A stretch of 64,000 nucleotides of DNA. Source: Candidatus Bipolaricaulota bacterium (GTDB lineage Bacteria > Bipolaricaulota > Bipolaricaulia > UBA7950 > UBA9294). This document shows positions 20,126 through 30,124 of this stretch, in pieces; the stretch's first letter is position 1; the number at the start of each line of letters is the position of its first letter. The position numbers and the translations under genes are program-made. The stretch is taken from contig JAPLGD010000068.1 of the NCBI GenBank assembly GCA_026390345.1, positions 24,078 through 88,077 on the forward strand. The letters run 5' to 3'. The notes beneath the pieces were generated by a model. It saw only the letters and a list, made by a program, of their open reading frames with translations, was not told the origin of the DNA and searched no databases.

Positions 20126-20988
20126 AGCGCCCCCTCCATCCCGTCACGCGTCAGCCGCTCAAAGCAACGCCGCACGCCGACCTCGGTCAACGTCCTGCGG
20201 TACAACTCCGACGCGCGGCGGTCGTCGCGAGCGTCGACGCCGCGCGCCGCGAGCGACGCCGCGTCGCCGATCGTCGCCGACGACGGACGCTTCCCCTCGA
20301 GGGCAGCTTCCACGTCTGGGAGCCTCCGCGCCAGGGCCGGTGTTCCGCCCACGGCGACTCGCACGCGGCTGCAGGTGCCCTTCGCAACCTCCACAACGCA
20401 GGCGCAATTCAGAAGCCCGACGTCGAACCCTGTTCGCGCGAACTTCTCGAACGCGCCTCGTGTTGAGGGCGCCCGCTTGGGCAGCCGGATCCCCGTGACG
20501 AGCGGAGCGACGTTCTGCGATCGTGAGGCGTAGAAGTCCGCGGCCGGAACCGAGCGCGCCGCACCGTCGAAGACCTCAACGTCCGCGTCGAGGACCAAGA
20601 GAGCAAGAACCACGTCCGACCAGGGATGGGCGCGCGCCACCGCGCCGCCGATCGTCGCCACGTTCCGCTGCAGCGGAGACGCGACCTGCCGAAGCACGTC
20701 ACGGAGGAAGCCGCCTGCATAGGCGGCGATCTCCGGGGCCTCAAGAATCCGCGAGAGGGTCGTCCCGGCACTGATCGCGAGTCCCGCGCGGCCTGCGCTA
20801 ACCCCTGCTCGCCCGAGCCGCGAGACGTCGATCAGCGTCGTCACCGTCTCCGGCGTGTACAGAATGAGATCGATTCCTCCGCCGAGGAATCGCGTCGTCT
20901 CCGGGTCGGCCGTCCGAAGCCTCCACGCCTCGTCCGCCGTGGTCGGCCGGGCGATCGACTGGATGCGGTGAAGTCCCACGTCTTCCAC
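20122..20988 (-). CDS. FAD-binding subunit of a Mo-hydroxylase
   Basis: LGGGIDL, RNVATIGG, DDRRASELYR. GTG start after AAGGAG. Confidence 0.88.
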   Translation of the reverse strand: MEDVGLHRIQSIARPTTADEAWRLRTADPETTRFLGGGIDLILYTPETVTTLIDVSRLGRAGVSAGRAGLAISAGTTLSRILEAPEIAAYAGGFLRDVLRQVASPLQRNVATIGGAVARAHPWSDVVLALLVLDADVEVFDGAARSVPAADFYASRSQNVAPLVTGIRLPKRAPSTRGAFEKFARTGFDVGLLNCACVVEVAKGTCSRVRVAVGGTPALARRLPDVEAALEGKRPSSATIGDAASLAARGVDARDDRRASELYRRTLTEVGVRRCFERLTRDGMEGAL

Positions 20989-21092
20989 GTCTCCTTCGCG
21001 TTCTTCGCGTCGATTATTGCCATCGCCTCGGGCCGAAACAAGCGGACCCGGCTTCCCGTGTTTGCACGCCGTGGTGCCTCGCATCGCCCATC

Positions 21093-21259
21093 TTGTCGTA
21101 TCCTCCATGTGATGCTATCCTGTGACTACGCATAGCGGCCTCCTGTCCGGAACGCCGTGCCTCATCCGGCGGGCGGAGCAAGGCTACAGAAGCTGCGGCT
21201 CCGCCCGCCCTCCGTTTCCCGGCCGTATCGTTGTCTGACCGTCCGACAGCCGCTATCCT
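21093..21259 (+). promoter_or_regulatory. Two tandem sigma-70 promoters flanking a structured leader of the ssnA operon
   Basis: TTGTCG-17-TATCCT (21093-21121, with TGn) and TTGTCT-17-TATCCT (21231-21259); 12-bp perfect hairpin at 21168-21209. Confidence 0.5.
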
Positions 21260-21303
21260 CTCCCCCGCAGGTTGCAGAAAGCGCCGACCGGAACGGAGGT
21301 CCG

Positions 21304-22629
21304 ATGAAACAAGCGATCGAGAACGCTGTCGTGTGGGACGGGGAGCGGGTGATCGAGCGCGGATCAATCCGGATCGAGGACGGTCTGATCGCCGCGGTCG
21401 GCCCGACCGCAGGCAGTCGTTTCGCCGCAGACGAGACGATCGACGCCGAGGGAAGGCTCGCAATCCCCGGGTTCATCAACGCCCACACCCACCTCTACAG
21501 CAGCCTGGCGCGAGGGCTGTCCCTCCCCGGCTACGCGCCGCAGTCGTTTACCCAGATCCTAGAGCAGCTCTGGTGGCGACTCGACAAGGCTTTCGACGAC
21601 TCCGCCGTAACGACGAGCGCCCTCGTCGGCGCGATGGAGGCGGCCCGCTGCGGGGTGACAACCCTCGTCGACCACCACGCGAGCCCGAACGCGATTCCCG
21701 GCTCGCTCGACCGCGTGCGCGACGCGGTGTGCCGCCGAGTCGGCCTTCGCGCCGCTCTGTGCTACGAGACGTCCGATCGGGACGGAGACGAGCGTGCCCT
21801 CCTCGGGATCCAAGAGAACGCCCGTTTCCTCGCGACCCTCGACCCGCAGGATTCGCTCTGCTCGGGGCTCTTCGGGCTTCATGCCTCGCTGACGCTCGGC
21901 GACGGAACGCTCCGAGCCGTCGCGGCGAAGTTCCCGGACGGCGCGGGGATCCACATCCACGTCGCCGAGGGTCCGGAGGACGAGCCGCAGTGCGTGAAGC
22001 GCCACGGCGTCCGCATCGTTCCGCGGCTCGACGGGTTCGGCCTTCTCCGCCCGCGCTCGATCCTGGCCCACTGCCTGCACGTGGACGCCGACGAGAAGGA
22101 CTTGATCGCCAAGCGGGACGCGATCGTCGTCCACAACCCGCGCTCCAACATGAACAACGCCGTGGGCACCTTCGACCTTGACGGATTCCTCGACCGCGGC
22201 ATCCTGGCGGGGCTCGGGACGGACGGACTCGGCGCGAACATGCTCGCTGAGCTCTTCACGGCCGGACTCGCCCAGCGCCAGGCGAGGCAGGACGCTCTCG
22301 CCGGAGCATTCCCGCAGCTCGACCGGCTTCTCTTCGAGAATAACCCTGCGATCGCCGAGCGCGTCTTCGGAGTCCGGACCGGGCGGCTCGTTCCCGGGGC
22401 TCCCGCCGACATTGCCGTCCTCGACTACGCGGCCCCGACGCCGCTTGCCGAAGGCAACGTTCTCGGGCACCTCCTCTTCGGGGTTGCCGTGCACGCGCTC
22501 CGCGTGAGCGACCTGTTCGTAGGGGGCCATCCGATCCTGCGGAAGGGCCTGTTCGTCGACCTCGACGAGCGCGAGGAGTACGCGCACGCTCGAGAGGAAG
22601 CGCGCCGCCTGTGGAAGCGAATCGCATGA
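21304..22629 (+). CDS. ssnA: Amidohydrolase SsnA
   Basis: PGFINAHTHLYS, LWWRLD, DHHASP, GLHAS, HVAEG, NPRSNMNNAVG, GTDG; adjacent to ygfK. Confidence 0.85.
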   Translation: MKQAIENAVVWDGERVIERGSIRIEDGLIAAVGPTAGSRFAADETIDAEGRLAIPGFINAHTHLYSSLARGLSLPGYAPQSFTQILEQLWWRLDKAFDDSAVTTSALVGAMEAARCGVTTLVDHHASPNAIPGSLDRVRDAVCRRVGLRAALCYETSDRDGDERALLGIQENARFLATLDPQDSLCSGLFGLHASLTLGDGTLRAVAAKFPDGAGIHIHVAEGPEDEPQCVKRHGVRIVPRLDGFGLLRPRSILAHCLHVDADEKDLIAKRDAIVVHNPRSNMNNAVGTFDLDGFLDRGILAGLGTDGLGANMLAELFTAGLAQRQARQDALAGAFPQLDRLLFENNPAIAERVFGVRTGRLVPGAPADIAVLDYAAPTPLAEGNVLGHLLFGVAVHALRVSDLFVGGHPILRKGLFVDLDEREEYAHAREEARRLWKRIA

Positions 22630-22639
22630 GGAGGCGACC

Positions 22640-25600
22640 GTGAGCCACGCCATGCGTCCGACGCCCTTCGAGCCGCTCCTTCGCCGAGTTCTCGACGAGT
22701 ACCGCGAGCGAGGGAGCATCCTTGGGATCCCCGGCGGCCTCTTCTACCGACCGCAGGAGTCCGCCCCGTATGCGACGAAGATCTTCGGCTCTCCGCTCGC
22801 GACCCCGATCGGTCCGGCCGCCGGTCCGCACACCCAGCTCGCGGGGAACATCGTCTCGGCGTGGCTGTGCGGCGGACGGTTCATCGAGCTGAAGACAGTC
22901 CAGATCATGGACGAGCTCGATATCCCGCGCCCGTGCATCGACGCCGCCGACGAGGGGTACAACGTCGAGTGGTCGCAGGAGCTCCGCCTGGAGGAGTCCG
23001 CCCGCGAATACGCGTCGGCGTGGGCCCTCGTCCACATCCTCCACCGGCTCCTCGGCCTCGAAAGGCGGGTCCCCCTCGGCACAGTCTTCAACATGAGCGT
23101 TGGCTACAACCTGGAGGGAATCCGCAGCTCCCGCATGCAACGGTTCATGGACTCCCTCGAGGACGCTTCGGAACTCCTCGACCCGATCCGCAAGAGGCTT
23201 CGGACCCGCTTCCCACGCTTCGCTGACGTCGACATTCCGAACCGCATCGCGAACAGCGTCACGCTCTCGACGATGCACGGCTGCCCGCCCGACGAGATCG
23301 AGCGGATCGCGACCCATCTCCTCGCAGAGCGCGGCCTGCACACGACCGTCAAGCTGAACCCAACGCTCCTCGGTAAGGAGCGCCTGGCCCAGATCCTCCA
23401 CAGCCATCTTGGGTTTGTGGAGATCGAGGTTCCCGACGCCGCCTTCGCCCACGACCTCCCCTACGACCGAGCCCGCGAGCTGATCGCGTCGCTCCGGCGC
23501 GCCGCCGATCGATGCGGCCGGACGTTCGGCGTAAAGCTGTCGAACACCCTTGAGGTGAGAAACCATCGCGGCGTCCTCGCGGGAACCGAGATGTACCTGT
23601 CGGGCCGGCCCCTCTACCCAATCACGCTCGACCTCTTCCTACGGTTGCGGCGTGAGTTCCCAGGCCTTCCCGTGTCGTACTCCGCCGGCGCCAACGCCGA
23701 CAACGTCGCGTCGCTCCTCGCCGCCGGCGTATGCCCCGTGACGGTCGCCTCCGACCTTCTGAAGCCCGGAGGCTACGGCCGACTCGCCCAGTATTTGGAA
23801 CGCATCTCCGACGCCATGGCCGCGGCAGGCGCCGCGTCGCTCGCGGCGTTTGCCGCCGACGCCGATCGCACCCTGGAGCGCGTCGCGGCCGAGGCTCTCT
23901 TCGACCCTCGCCACACGAAGGGCTACGTCCCGGCGGAGCTTCCCAAAGTGGCATCGCCGCTGACGGCGTTCGATTGCATCGCGGCCCCGTGCGTCGAGGC
24001 GTGCGCGGTCTGCCAAGATGTGCCCGAGTACGTTGGCTACCTCGAGGACGGCGACGCGGACGCCGCGCTCACGGCGATTCTCCGCCGGAACCCGCTCCCC
24101 GGCATCACCGGTCACATCTGCACGCACCGTTGCCAGACCCGCTGCACGAGGACGAACGTCGACCGCGCTGTCGGGATTCGCGACCTAAAGCGGTTCGCCC
24201 TCGAGCGCGGACAAGCCCGGCTCACTCCCGCTGCATCCACGGGGCACCGGGTCGCGGTGATCGGCGCCGGACCCTCCGGCCTCGCCGCCGCCTTCCACCT
24301 CGCGCTCGCGGGCGTCGCCGTTACGGTCTTCGAGGCAAAGGATCGAGCCGGCGGAATGCCGGCACTCGCCCCGGCGTTCCGACTCCCACCGAACATCGTC
24401 ACCGCCGACGTGGCACGCATCGAGGCGCTCGGCGTCGAGATCCGCACGAGCGCGCCGATCAAGGCGCCGCCGAGCGACCTCCTCGCGCAGGGCTTCGCCG
24501 CCGTCTACGTCGCCACCGGCTTCCCAAGAGACTCGATGCCCGAGGACGTCGCTGGGATCGATGCCGAGGGAGTGTACGGGGCCGTCGACTTCCTTGACCG
24601 CGTCGCCCACGAGCGGCCGCCGGCCCTCGGCACCTCGATCGTCGTCATTGGCGGCGGGAACACGGCGATGGACGCTGCGCGAACGGCATCTCGCCTCACC
24701 CACCACCCGTGCACCGTCGCCTACCGCCGGACGCGGGCCGAGATGCCGGCCGACGCCGAAGAGGTCGCCCTCCTGCTCGAGGAGGGCAACGTCCTCCTCG
24801 AACTCGTCTCTCCTGTGAAGGTCGTCGCCGAACGCGGTCGCGTCGTGTCCGTCGAGTGCGTTCGCAACCACCTCGGCGAGCCCGGAGCCGACGGGCGTCG
24901 CCGCCCCGAACCGACCCCGGGGAGCAATCTGCGGTTGTCGGCCGACGCCGTCATCGTCGCCACCGGCCAGCGCTCCGACCGCGATCTCCTGCGCTCCTGG
25001 AGGCTCGAGACCCGACCGGACGGAGGCGTCGTCGTGCACGAGGCAACCGGCCGGGCGGCACCGGACGCGATCTACGCCGGCGGCGATCTGGCCCGCGGGC
25101 CGGCGATCGCCGTGGCAGCGGCCGCCGACGGGCGGCGCGCTGCGGAGGCGATCCTGGCCGAGCTTGGAATCCCGCTCCGCGCCCCGGCAGATCGCGCGAC
25201 GCCGAGCGCGTCCCGCGATGTCGAGGAGATCCGCCGCCGCAGAGCCCGGAGAGACAATCGCCAGGAGCCGTCTCGGCTTCCCATCGGACGACGCGGCGGG
25301 TTTGAGCTTGTGACGTCCGGCTTCACCGAGGCCCAAGCCTCCTCGGAAGCGTCGCGCTGCCTCCAGTGCGCGACCATCTGTGAGAAGTGCGTCCAGGTCT
25401 GCCCCAACCGCGCCAACGTCCCGTACGAGATCGAGCCGGTCGACGTCGAGGTCCCCGTCGTGTCCCTCGCGGACGGCGCGGTCGCAGGCCACGAGCGCGT
25501 CTCGATCCATCAGCCACGTCAGATCCTTCACATCGACGACTTGTGCAACGAGTGCGGCAACTGCACGACGTTCTGCGTCCACGAGGGGAAGCCGCACGCC

Positions 25601-25924
25601 GAGAAGCCCCGGCTCTTCTGGGACCGCGCCGCGTTCGACGCCACCGGACAGAACGCCCTGTTCGTCGACGGCACGGCGCTCTACGCGAAGACCGCGGACG
25701 GTGAGTCGATTCGCGTGCTCCTGACGGAAGACGGATACGCGTACGAGGACGCGAACCTCACGGCCCGGCTGACCCCGGCACTCGCCGTCACCGAGGTCCA
25801 CTCGCGCAGAAGGGGGAAGGGGAACCGCTCTCTGCGCGCCGCCGTCGAGGCTGCGGCTCTATTCCGCGCCTTACGGAAGTCCGCGCCTTTCGTCCTCCCG
25901 GACCAAGAAGAAGGAGCCTCCTGA
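22640..25924 (+). CDS. ygfK: YgfK-like Fe-S/flavin oxidoreductase
   Basis: GPAAGPHTQL, ELKTVQ, YNVEWS, TLSTMHGCPP, KLSNT, GAGPSG, GGGNTAMD, CEKCVQVCPNRAN, CNECGNC. Confidence 0.9.
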   Translation: MSHAMRPTPFEPLLRRVLDEYRERGSILGIPGGLFYRPQESAPYATKIFGSPLATPIGPAAGPHTQLAGNIVSAWLCGGRFIELKTVQIMDELDIPRPCIDAADEGYNVEWSQELRLEESAREYASAWALVHILHRLLGLERRVPLGTVFNMSVGYNLEGIRSSRMQRFMDSLEDASELLDPIRKRLRTRFPRFADVDIPNRIANSVTLSTMHGCPPDEIERIATHLLAERGLHTTVKLNPTLLGKERLAQILHSHLGFVEIEVPDAAFAHDLPYDRARELIASLRRAADRCGRTFGVKLSNTLEVRNHRGVLAGTEMYLSGRPLYPITLDLFLRLRREFPGLPVSYSAGANADNVASLLAAGVCPVTVASDLLKPGGYGRLAQYLERISDAMAAAGAASLAAFAADADRTLERVAAEALFDPRHTKGYVPAELPKVASPLTAFDCIAAPCVEACAVCQDVPEYVGYLEDGDADAALTAILRRNPLPGITGHICTHRCQTRCTRTNVDRAVGIRDLKRFALERGQARLTPAASTGHRVAVIGAGPSGLAAAFHLALAGVAVTVFEAKDRAGGMPALAPAFRLPPNIVTADVARIEALGVEIRTSAPIKAPPSDLLAQGFAAVYVATGFPRDSMPEDVAGIDAEGVYGAVDFLDRVAHERPPALGTSIVVIGGGNTAMDAARTASRLTHHPCTVAYRRTRAEMPADAEEVALLLEEGNVLLELVSPVKVVAERGRVVSVECVRNHLGEPGADGRRRPEPTPGSNLRLSADAVIVATGQRSDRDLLRSWRLETRPDGGVVVHEATGRAAPDAIYAGGDLARGPAIAVAAAADGRRAAEAILAELGIPLRAPADRATPSASRDVEEIRRRRARRDNRQEPSRLPIGRRGGFELVTSGFTEAQASSEASRCLQCATICEKCVQVCPNRANVPYEIEPVDVEVPVVSLADGAVAGHERVSIHQPRQILHIDDLCNECGNCTTFCVHEGKPHAEKPRLFWDRAAFDATGQNALFVDGTALYAKTADGESIRVLLTEDGYAYEDANLTARLTPALAVTEVHSRRRGKGNRSLRAAVEAAALFRALRKSAPFVLPDQEEGAS

Positions 25925-27162
25925 TGGGCCGAATCGCCGCTCTGCGCTGCATCAGCTGCGGGGTCGAGTACAACCCCGCGCGTGTGGACTACACCTGTCC
26001 GTCCTGTGGGCCGCGGCGCGGCACGCTCGAGGTCCTCTACGACTACGACCGGTTGCGCCGAACCCTGAAACCTTCGTCGTTCTCCGAGACCGGGTTCGCC
26101 TCGATGTGGCGCTACGAGGCGCTCCTTCCGATCGAGGACCGCCGGTTCATTCAGCCGCTGCGTGTCGGATGGACGCCCCTCTACGCTTTTCCGGGCCTCG
26201 CGAAGGAGCTTCGGCTGGCCGCATTCTACGTGAAGGACGACGGACAAAACCCCACGGCCTCCTACAAAGACCGCGCGAGCTCGGTCGTCGTCATCAAGGC
26301 CCAGGAGAAGGGGAGGCCGGTCGTCACGTGCGCATCCACGGGGAACGCCGCGTCCTCCCTCTCCGGTTTTGCGGCGTCGACCGACCTCCGGACGATCATC
26401 TTCGTCCCCGAACGCGCCCCGGAAGCCAAGGTGGCCCAGCTTCTGATCTACGGCGCCAAGGTCTTCCTCGTCCGCGGATCCTACGACGTGGCCTATGACC
26501 TTGCCGCGGAGGCGGCCGAGGCGTTCGGGTGGTATAACCGGTCCGCCGCCGTGAACCCGTACCTGGTCGAGGGTAAGAAGACGGGGGCGCTCGAGATCGC
26601 CGAACAGCTCGGGTGGAACCCGCCGGACGTTGTCTTCATCGGCGTCGGGGACGGCTCGGTGATCAGCGGCCTTTGCAAGGGGTTCGACGAGCTCGTTCGC
26701 CTCGGGCTGATCGCCCGTGCCCCGCGCGTGATCGGCGTCCAGGCGGAGGGCTCGGCGCCGATCGCCCGCGCATTCGCCGCGTACCGGGGACGCACCGTCC
26801 CCATCGAGGATGGGGACGCCCACACCGTCGCTGACAGCATCTGCGTCGGCAAGCCTCGGGACATCGTCAAGGCCGTCACCTACGTCGCGCGAAACGGCGG
26901 CGAGTTCGTGACGGTGAGCGACGCCGAGATCCTCGACGCGATCGTGACGTTGGCCCGCAGGACTGGCGTGTTCGCCGAGCCGGCGGGAGCGGCCTCGTAC
27001 GCCGGGCTTCGCAAGCTCGCCGCCGCGGGTACACTGGAGGGGAAGACGGCGGCCGTCGTGGTTTCCGGGAACGGGCTGAAAGACGTGGCCTCGCCGAGGA
27101 CGATCGTCGAATCTCCCATTCCCGTCGAGCCGTCGTTGAAGGAGATCGAGCGGCACCTATGA
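25924..27162 (+). CDS. Threonine synthase-like PLP enzyme (fold type II)
   Basis: N-terminal CxxC..CxxC, NPTASYKDR, ASTGNAA, EGKKT, GVGDG, EPAGA, SGNGLK. Confidence 0.85.
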   Translation: MGRIAALRCISCGVEYNPARVDYTCPSCGPRRGTLEVLYDYDRLRRTLKPSSFSETGFASMWRYEALLPIEDRRFIQPLRVGWTPLYAFPGLAKELRLAAFYVKDDGQNPTASYKDRASSVVVIKAQEKGRPVVTCASTGNAASSLSGFAASTDLRTIIFVPERAPEAKVAQLLIYGAKVFLVRGSYDVAYDLAAEAAEAFGWYNRSAAVNPYLVEGKKTGALEIAEQLGWNPPDVVFIGVGDGSVISGLCKGFDELVRLGLIARAPRVIGVQAEGSAPIARAFAAYRGRTVPIEDGDAHTVADSICVGKPRDIVKAVTYVARNGGEFVTVSDAEILDAIVTLARRTGVFAEPAGAASYAGLRKLAAAGTLEGKTAAVVVSGNGLKDVASPRTIVESPIPVEPSLKEIERHL

Positions 27163-27665
27163 AGGTCCGATTCACCGTGAACGGTCATGCCGCAACTGTC
27201 GAGGGAGACGCCGAGATGAGGCTCCTCGACGCGCTTCGCGACGTGCTCCATCTCACGGGAACGAAGGAGGGGTGCGGCGAGGGGGAGTGCGGAGCCTGCA
27301 CCGTCCTCCTCGACGGCCTCCCCGTTAACTCGTGCCTCGTCCTCGCCGCTCAGGCGGAGGGACGCGAGGTGCTGACGATCGAGGGGCTCGCCGACGGCCC
27401 GCGGCTGCACCCGATCCAGCAGGCGTTCGTCGACGCCGGCGCGGTACAGTGCGGCTTCTGCACCCCGGGGTTCGTCATGTCGACCTACGCGCTGCTCCGC
27501 GACCACCCGGCGCCGTCCGAAGAGGAGATCCTCACAGCGCTCGAGGGAAACCTGTGCCGCTGCACGGGGTACGTGAGAATCGTCGATGCGGTCAAGCGGG
27601 CGGCCGTGCAGCTGGCCGAGACGCGCCTCGGTGAGGCGCGAGCACGAGCGCGGGAGACCGCATGA
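27159..27665 (+). CDS. (2Fe-2S)-binding subunit of a Mo-hydroxylase (second copy)
   Basis: [31 protein letters not shown]. Confidence 0.95.
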   Translation: MKVRFTVNGHAATVEGDAEMRLLDALRDVLHLTGTKEGCGEGECGACTVLLDGLPVNSCLVLAAQAEGREVLTIEGLADGPRLHPIQQAFVDAGAVQCGFCTPGFVMSTYALLRDHPAPSEEEILTALEGNLCRCTGYVRIVDAVKRAAVQLAETRLGEARARARETA

Positions 27666-28261
27666 TCGCAGGCCTCGTCCTCGCCGCTGGACTCGGTCAA
27701 CGGATGGGGGCGATCAAGCCGCTCGTCGACGTGGATGGCGTCCCTTCCCTCGGCCGCGTGCTGGCGACCCTCGACGAGTCAGGAATGCAATTCGTCGCCG
27801 TCGTTCTGGGAAACGATGCCGAGCGAATCCGAAGCGAGGTCGACCTCAGAGGGCGGCTGGTCGTCGTGAACCCGTCGCCCGAGCGCGGGATGGCATCCTC
27901 GCTCGCCCTCGGCCTCGCGGCGCTCCCTGCGGACGCGGAGGGAGTCCTCGTCTTCCACGCCGACATGCCGTTCCTTCGATCCACGACCGTCCGCGCCGTC
28001 CTTCTCGCCGCCGCGGAAGCAGAGATCGCGGCTCCGTCTTGGAACGGGGTTCGCGGGTTCCCGGTGTTCTTCCACCGCCGTCAGTGGGAGGAACTGCGTT
28101 CGACCCTCCACGGCGACGCCGGGGGAAAGAGCTTCATCCGCCGGCATCCCGACCGCCTGCAAACAGTCGAGGTCGAGGATCCGGGTTGCGTTCGGGACAT
28201 CGACCGTCCCGACGATCTCACGCCGCAGAAGGAGACCCCGTGCTGCGCTACGTCCGAGTAG
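27662..28261 (+). CDS. Molybdenum cofactor cytidylyltransferase (MocA/YgfJ-like)
   Basis: LAAGLGQRMG.K, GMASSL, DMP, GFPVFF, GDAGG, DID. Confidence 0.85.
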   Translation: MIAGLVLAAGLGQRMGAIKPLVDVDGVPSLGRVLATLDESGMQFVAVVLGNDAERIRSEVDLRGRLVVVNPSPERGMASSLALGLAALPADAEGVLVFHADMPFLRSTTVRAVLLAAAEAEIAAPSWNGVRGFPVFFHRRQWEELRSTLHGDAGGKSFIRRHPDRLQTVEVEDPGCVRDIDRPDDLTPQKETPCCATSE

Positions 28262-29082
28262 ACACAGAGGCCGAGCTTCTCGACGCCCTCCGCAAGGACG
28301 GCGCCCAGCTTCTGTCCGGGGGAACGGACCTCCTGGTGAAGATGCGCTCCGGGCTCGTCCGGCCAAAGAGCCTCGTCGACCCCGCTGCCGTTGCCGAGCT
28401 TCGCGGGATCGAAACGGCCGGAGGGGCTTTGCGTATCGGCACCGCAACGCCGCTGAGCGAGATCCTGGCCTCGAAGGAGGTTCGAGAGAGAGCTCCACTG
28501 CTCGTCGACGTCCTCCGCGTCCTCGGATGCGTCCAGATCCGCAACCGCGGCACCCTCGGAGGAAACCTTGCGAATGCGTCGCCGGCCGCCGACAGCGCGA
28601 TCCCTCTCTTGCTCTACGAGGCGAACCTCGAGCTGGCCGGAGGTGACGGCGCACGCAACGTCCCCGTCGGTGGATTCTTCCTCGGACCCGGACGCACGGT
28701 CCTCCAGCACGGCGAGTACATCCGCGCCGTCCGCATCCCCGCCTCGCGGCAGAACTGGATCCCGTTCTTCCACAAGGTGGGCCGCCGGCGCGCTTTGACG
28801 ATCGCCATCGCCAGCATCGGGGGTCTCGCCGCCGTCTCGCAGGGAAGAGCCACCGAAGTCCGCCTCGCGGCCGGGTCGGTGGCACCGATTCCGCTCCGCC
28901 TCAAGTCCGCCGAGGAGTGGCTCGCCGGGCGCGCTCTCGACCGGGAGACGATCCAACACGCCGGGGCGCTAGCCGCCGGCGAGGTCTCCCCGATCGACGA
29001 CGTCCGGGCCACTGCCGCCTACCGACGCGCCGTCACCGGCGACCTCGTCGTGCGCTTCCTCGAGGGCGCCGCAGCCGCCTAG
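28240..29082 (+). CDS. FAD-binding subunit of a Mo-hydroxylase (second copy)
   Basis: SGGTDL, QIRNRGTLGGNLANASPAAD, PIDDVRATAAYR. GTG start after AAGGAG. Confidence 0.92.
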   Translation: MLRYVRVDTEAELLDALRKDGAQLLSGGTDLLVKMRSGLVRPKSLVDPAAVAELRGIETAGGALRIGTATPLSEILASKEVRERAPLLVDVLRVLGCVQIRNRGTLGGNLANASPAADSAIPLLLYEANLELAGGDGARNVPVGGFFLGPGRTVLQHGEYIRAVRIPASRQNWIPFFHKVGRRRALTIAIASIGGLAAVSQGRATEVRLAAGSVAPIPLRLKSAEEWLAGRALDRETIQHAGALAAGEVSPIDDVRATAAYRRAVTGDLVVRFLEGAAAA

Positions 29083-29149
29083 ACGCGGGCTCCCCCCTTC
29101 TCTTCCCGTCGCCTCCCGGCTATCCTGGCAGGAAGAAAGGGAGGTCGCC

Positions 29150-29527
29150 ATGTTCAAGCGCCGGCTCGGTCTTGCGCTCGGAGTCCTGAGCTGTCTTCTG
29201 CTCGCCGGATGCGAGTTCTTCCAGCAGCCGCCCGTCGCGTCGTTCGTCGTCCACTACAGCGTTGTCAGCACCGACCCGATGGTCGTCGACCTCGACGCGT
29301 CCGCCTCGTCTGATCCGAACGGAGATGTGATCACGGCGTACATGTGGACGTTCGGAGACGACGTCACGATCCTGACTCCGCTGGATACGACGAAAACCGT
29401 GACGGTCCCTGTGCTACGCGTGCGCTATCCTCTCGAGGGTGCGTACCCCGTCCAACTCTTAGTACGGAACGAGTTGGGCGAGACGTCAGCGATCGTCTCA
29501 GGAACCGTAACGCTCCCGCACGAGTGA
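29150..29527 (+). CDS. Lipoprotein with PKD domain
   Basis: Lipobox LLAGC, DASASSDPNG, YMWTFGD. Confidence 0.8.
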   Translation: MFKRRLGLALGVLSCLLLAGCEFFQQPPVASFVVHYSVVSTDPMVVDLDASASSDPNGDVITAYMWTFGDDVTILTPLDTTKTVTVPVLRVRYPLEGAYPVQLLVRNELGETSAIVSGTVTLPHE

Positions 29528-29552
29528 CCCGGCCGAGCAACCTGCGCGGGCG

Positions 29553-29981
29553 TTAGGCATCCGGAATGAACCGCTTCGCGTGGTAGATGATGTCGGGGCA
29601 GCGCTTGTAGCCAAGCCCGACGAACGCGGCCTGGGAGATCTCGTTCTCCTCTTCGATCAGGCAGGCGACGATGACGATGCCGAGCTGGCGGAGGCGCGCC
29701 TCAACCTCTCCGACGAGCGCTTTGGCAAGGCCCCGTCGACGGCAATCGGGAGCGACGGCAAGGCGGTTGATCCAGCCTTTTCGGCCGTCGTGGGTGCCGA
29801 AGACGACGCCCGCGATCCGCCCCTCCTCTTCCGCGACGAGGAAGAGCGCCCGGTTGTCTTCAATCTCCCGGGCGACCGACTCCCGTCGGTCCCTCCCCTC
29901 GGCGCGGACGGGGAGCCCCGCCTCGATCCAGAGAGCAATCACGGCGTCGTAGTCCTCGATCTGGAAGTCACGAATGCGCAC
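29553..29981 (-). CDS. GNAT acetyltransferase (YpeA-like)
   Basis: HDGRKGWINRLAV, RRRGLA. Confidence 0.88.
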   Translation of the reverse strand: MRIRDFQIEDYDAVIALWIEAGLPVRAEGRDRRESVAREIEDNRALFLVAEEEGRIAGVVFGTHDGRKGWINRLAVAPDCRRRGLAKALVGEVEARLRQLGIVIVACLIEEENEISQAAFVGLGYKRCPDIIYHAKRFIPDA

Positions 29982-30124
29982 GGATCCTCCTTGCGTGGCG
30001 CAGAGCGTACCGCGGGTGCGGCCTCCGTCAACCCCCGCGTCCGGCCGCGAGCGGACACGCCTCCCCGCGAAGCGGGCCGTTCGCCGCCCTTCCCTCGCCG
30101 GGGGAGCATACGATCCGGGCGAGA

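Noticed and set aside
17323..29082. Selenocysteine or pyrrolysine recoding in the Mo-hydroxylase/YgfK genes
   Set aside because: All ORFs appear full length without in-frame stops at catalytic positions.
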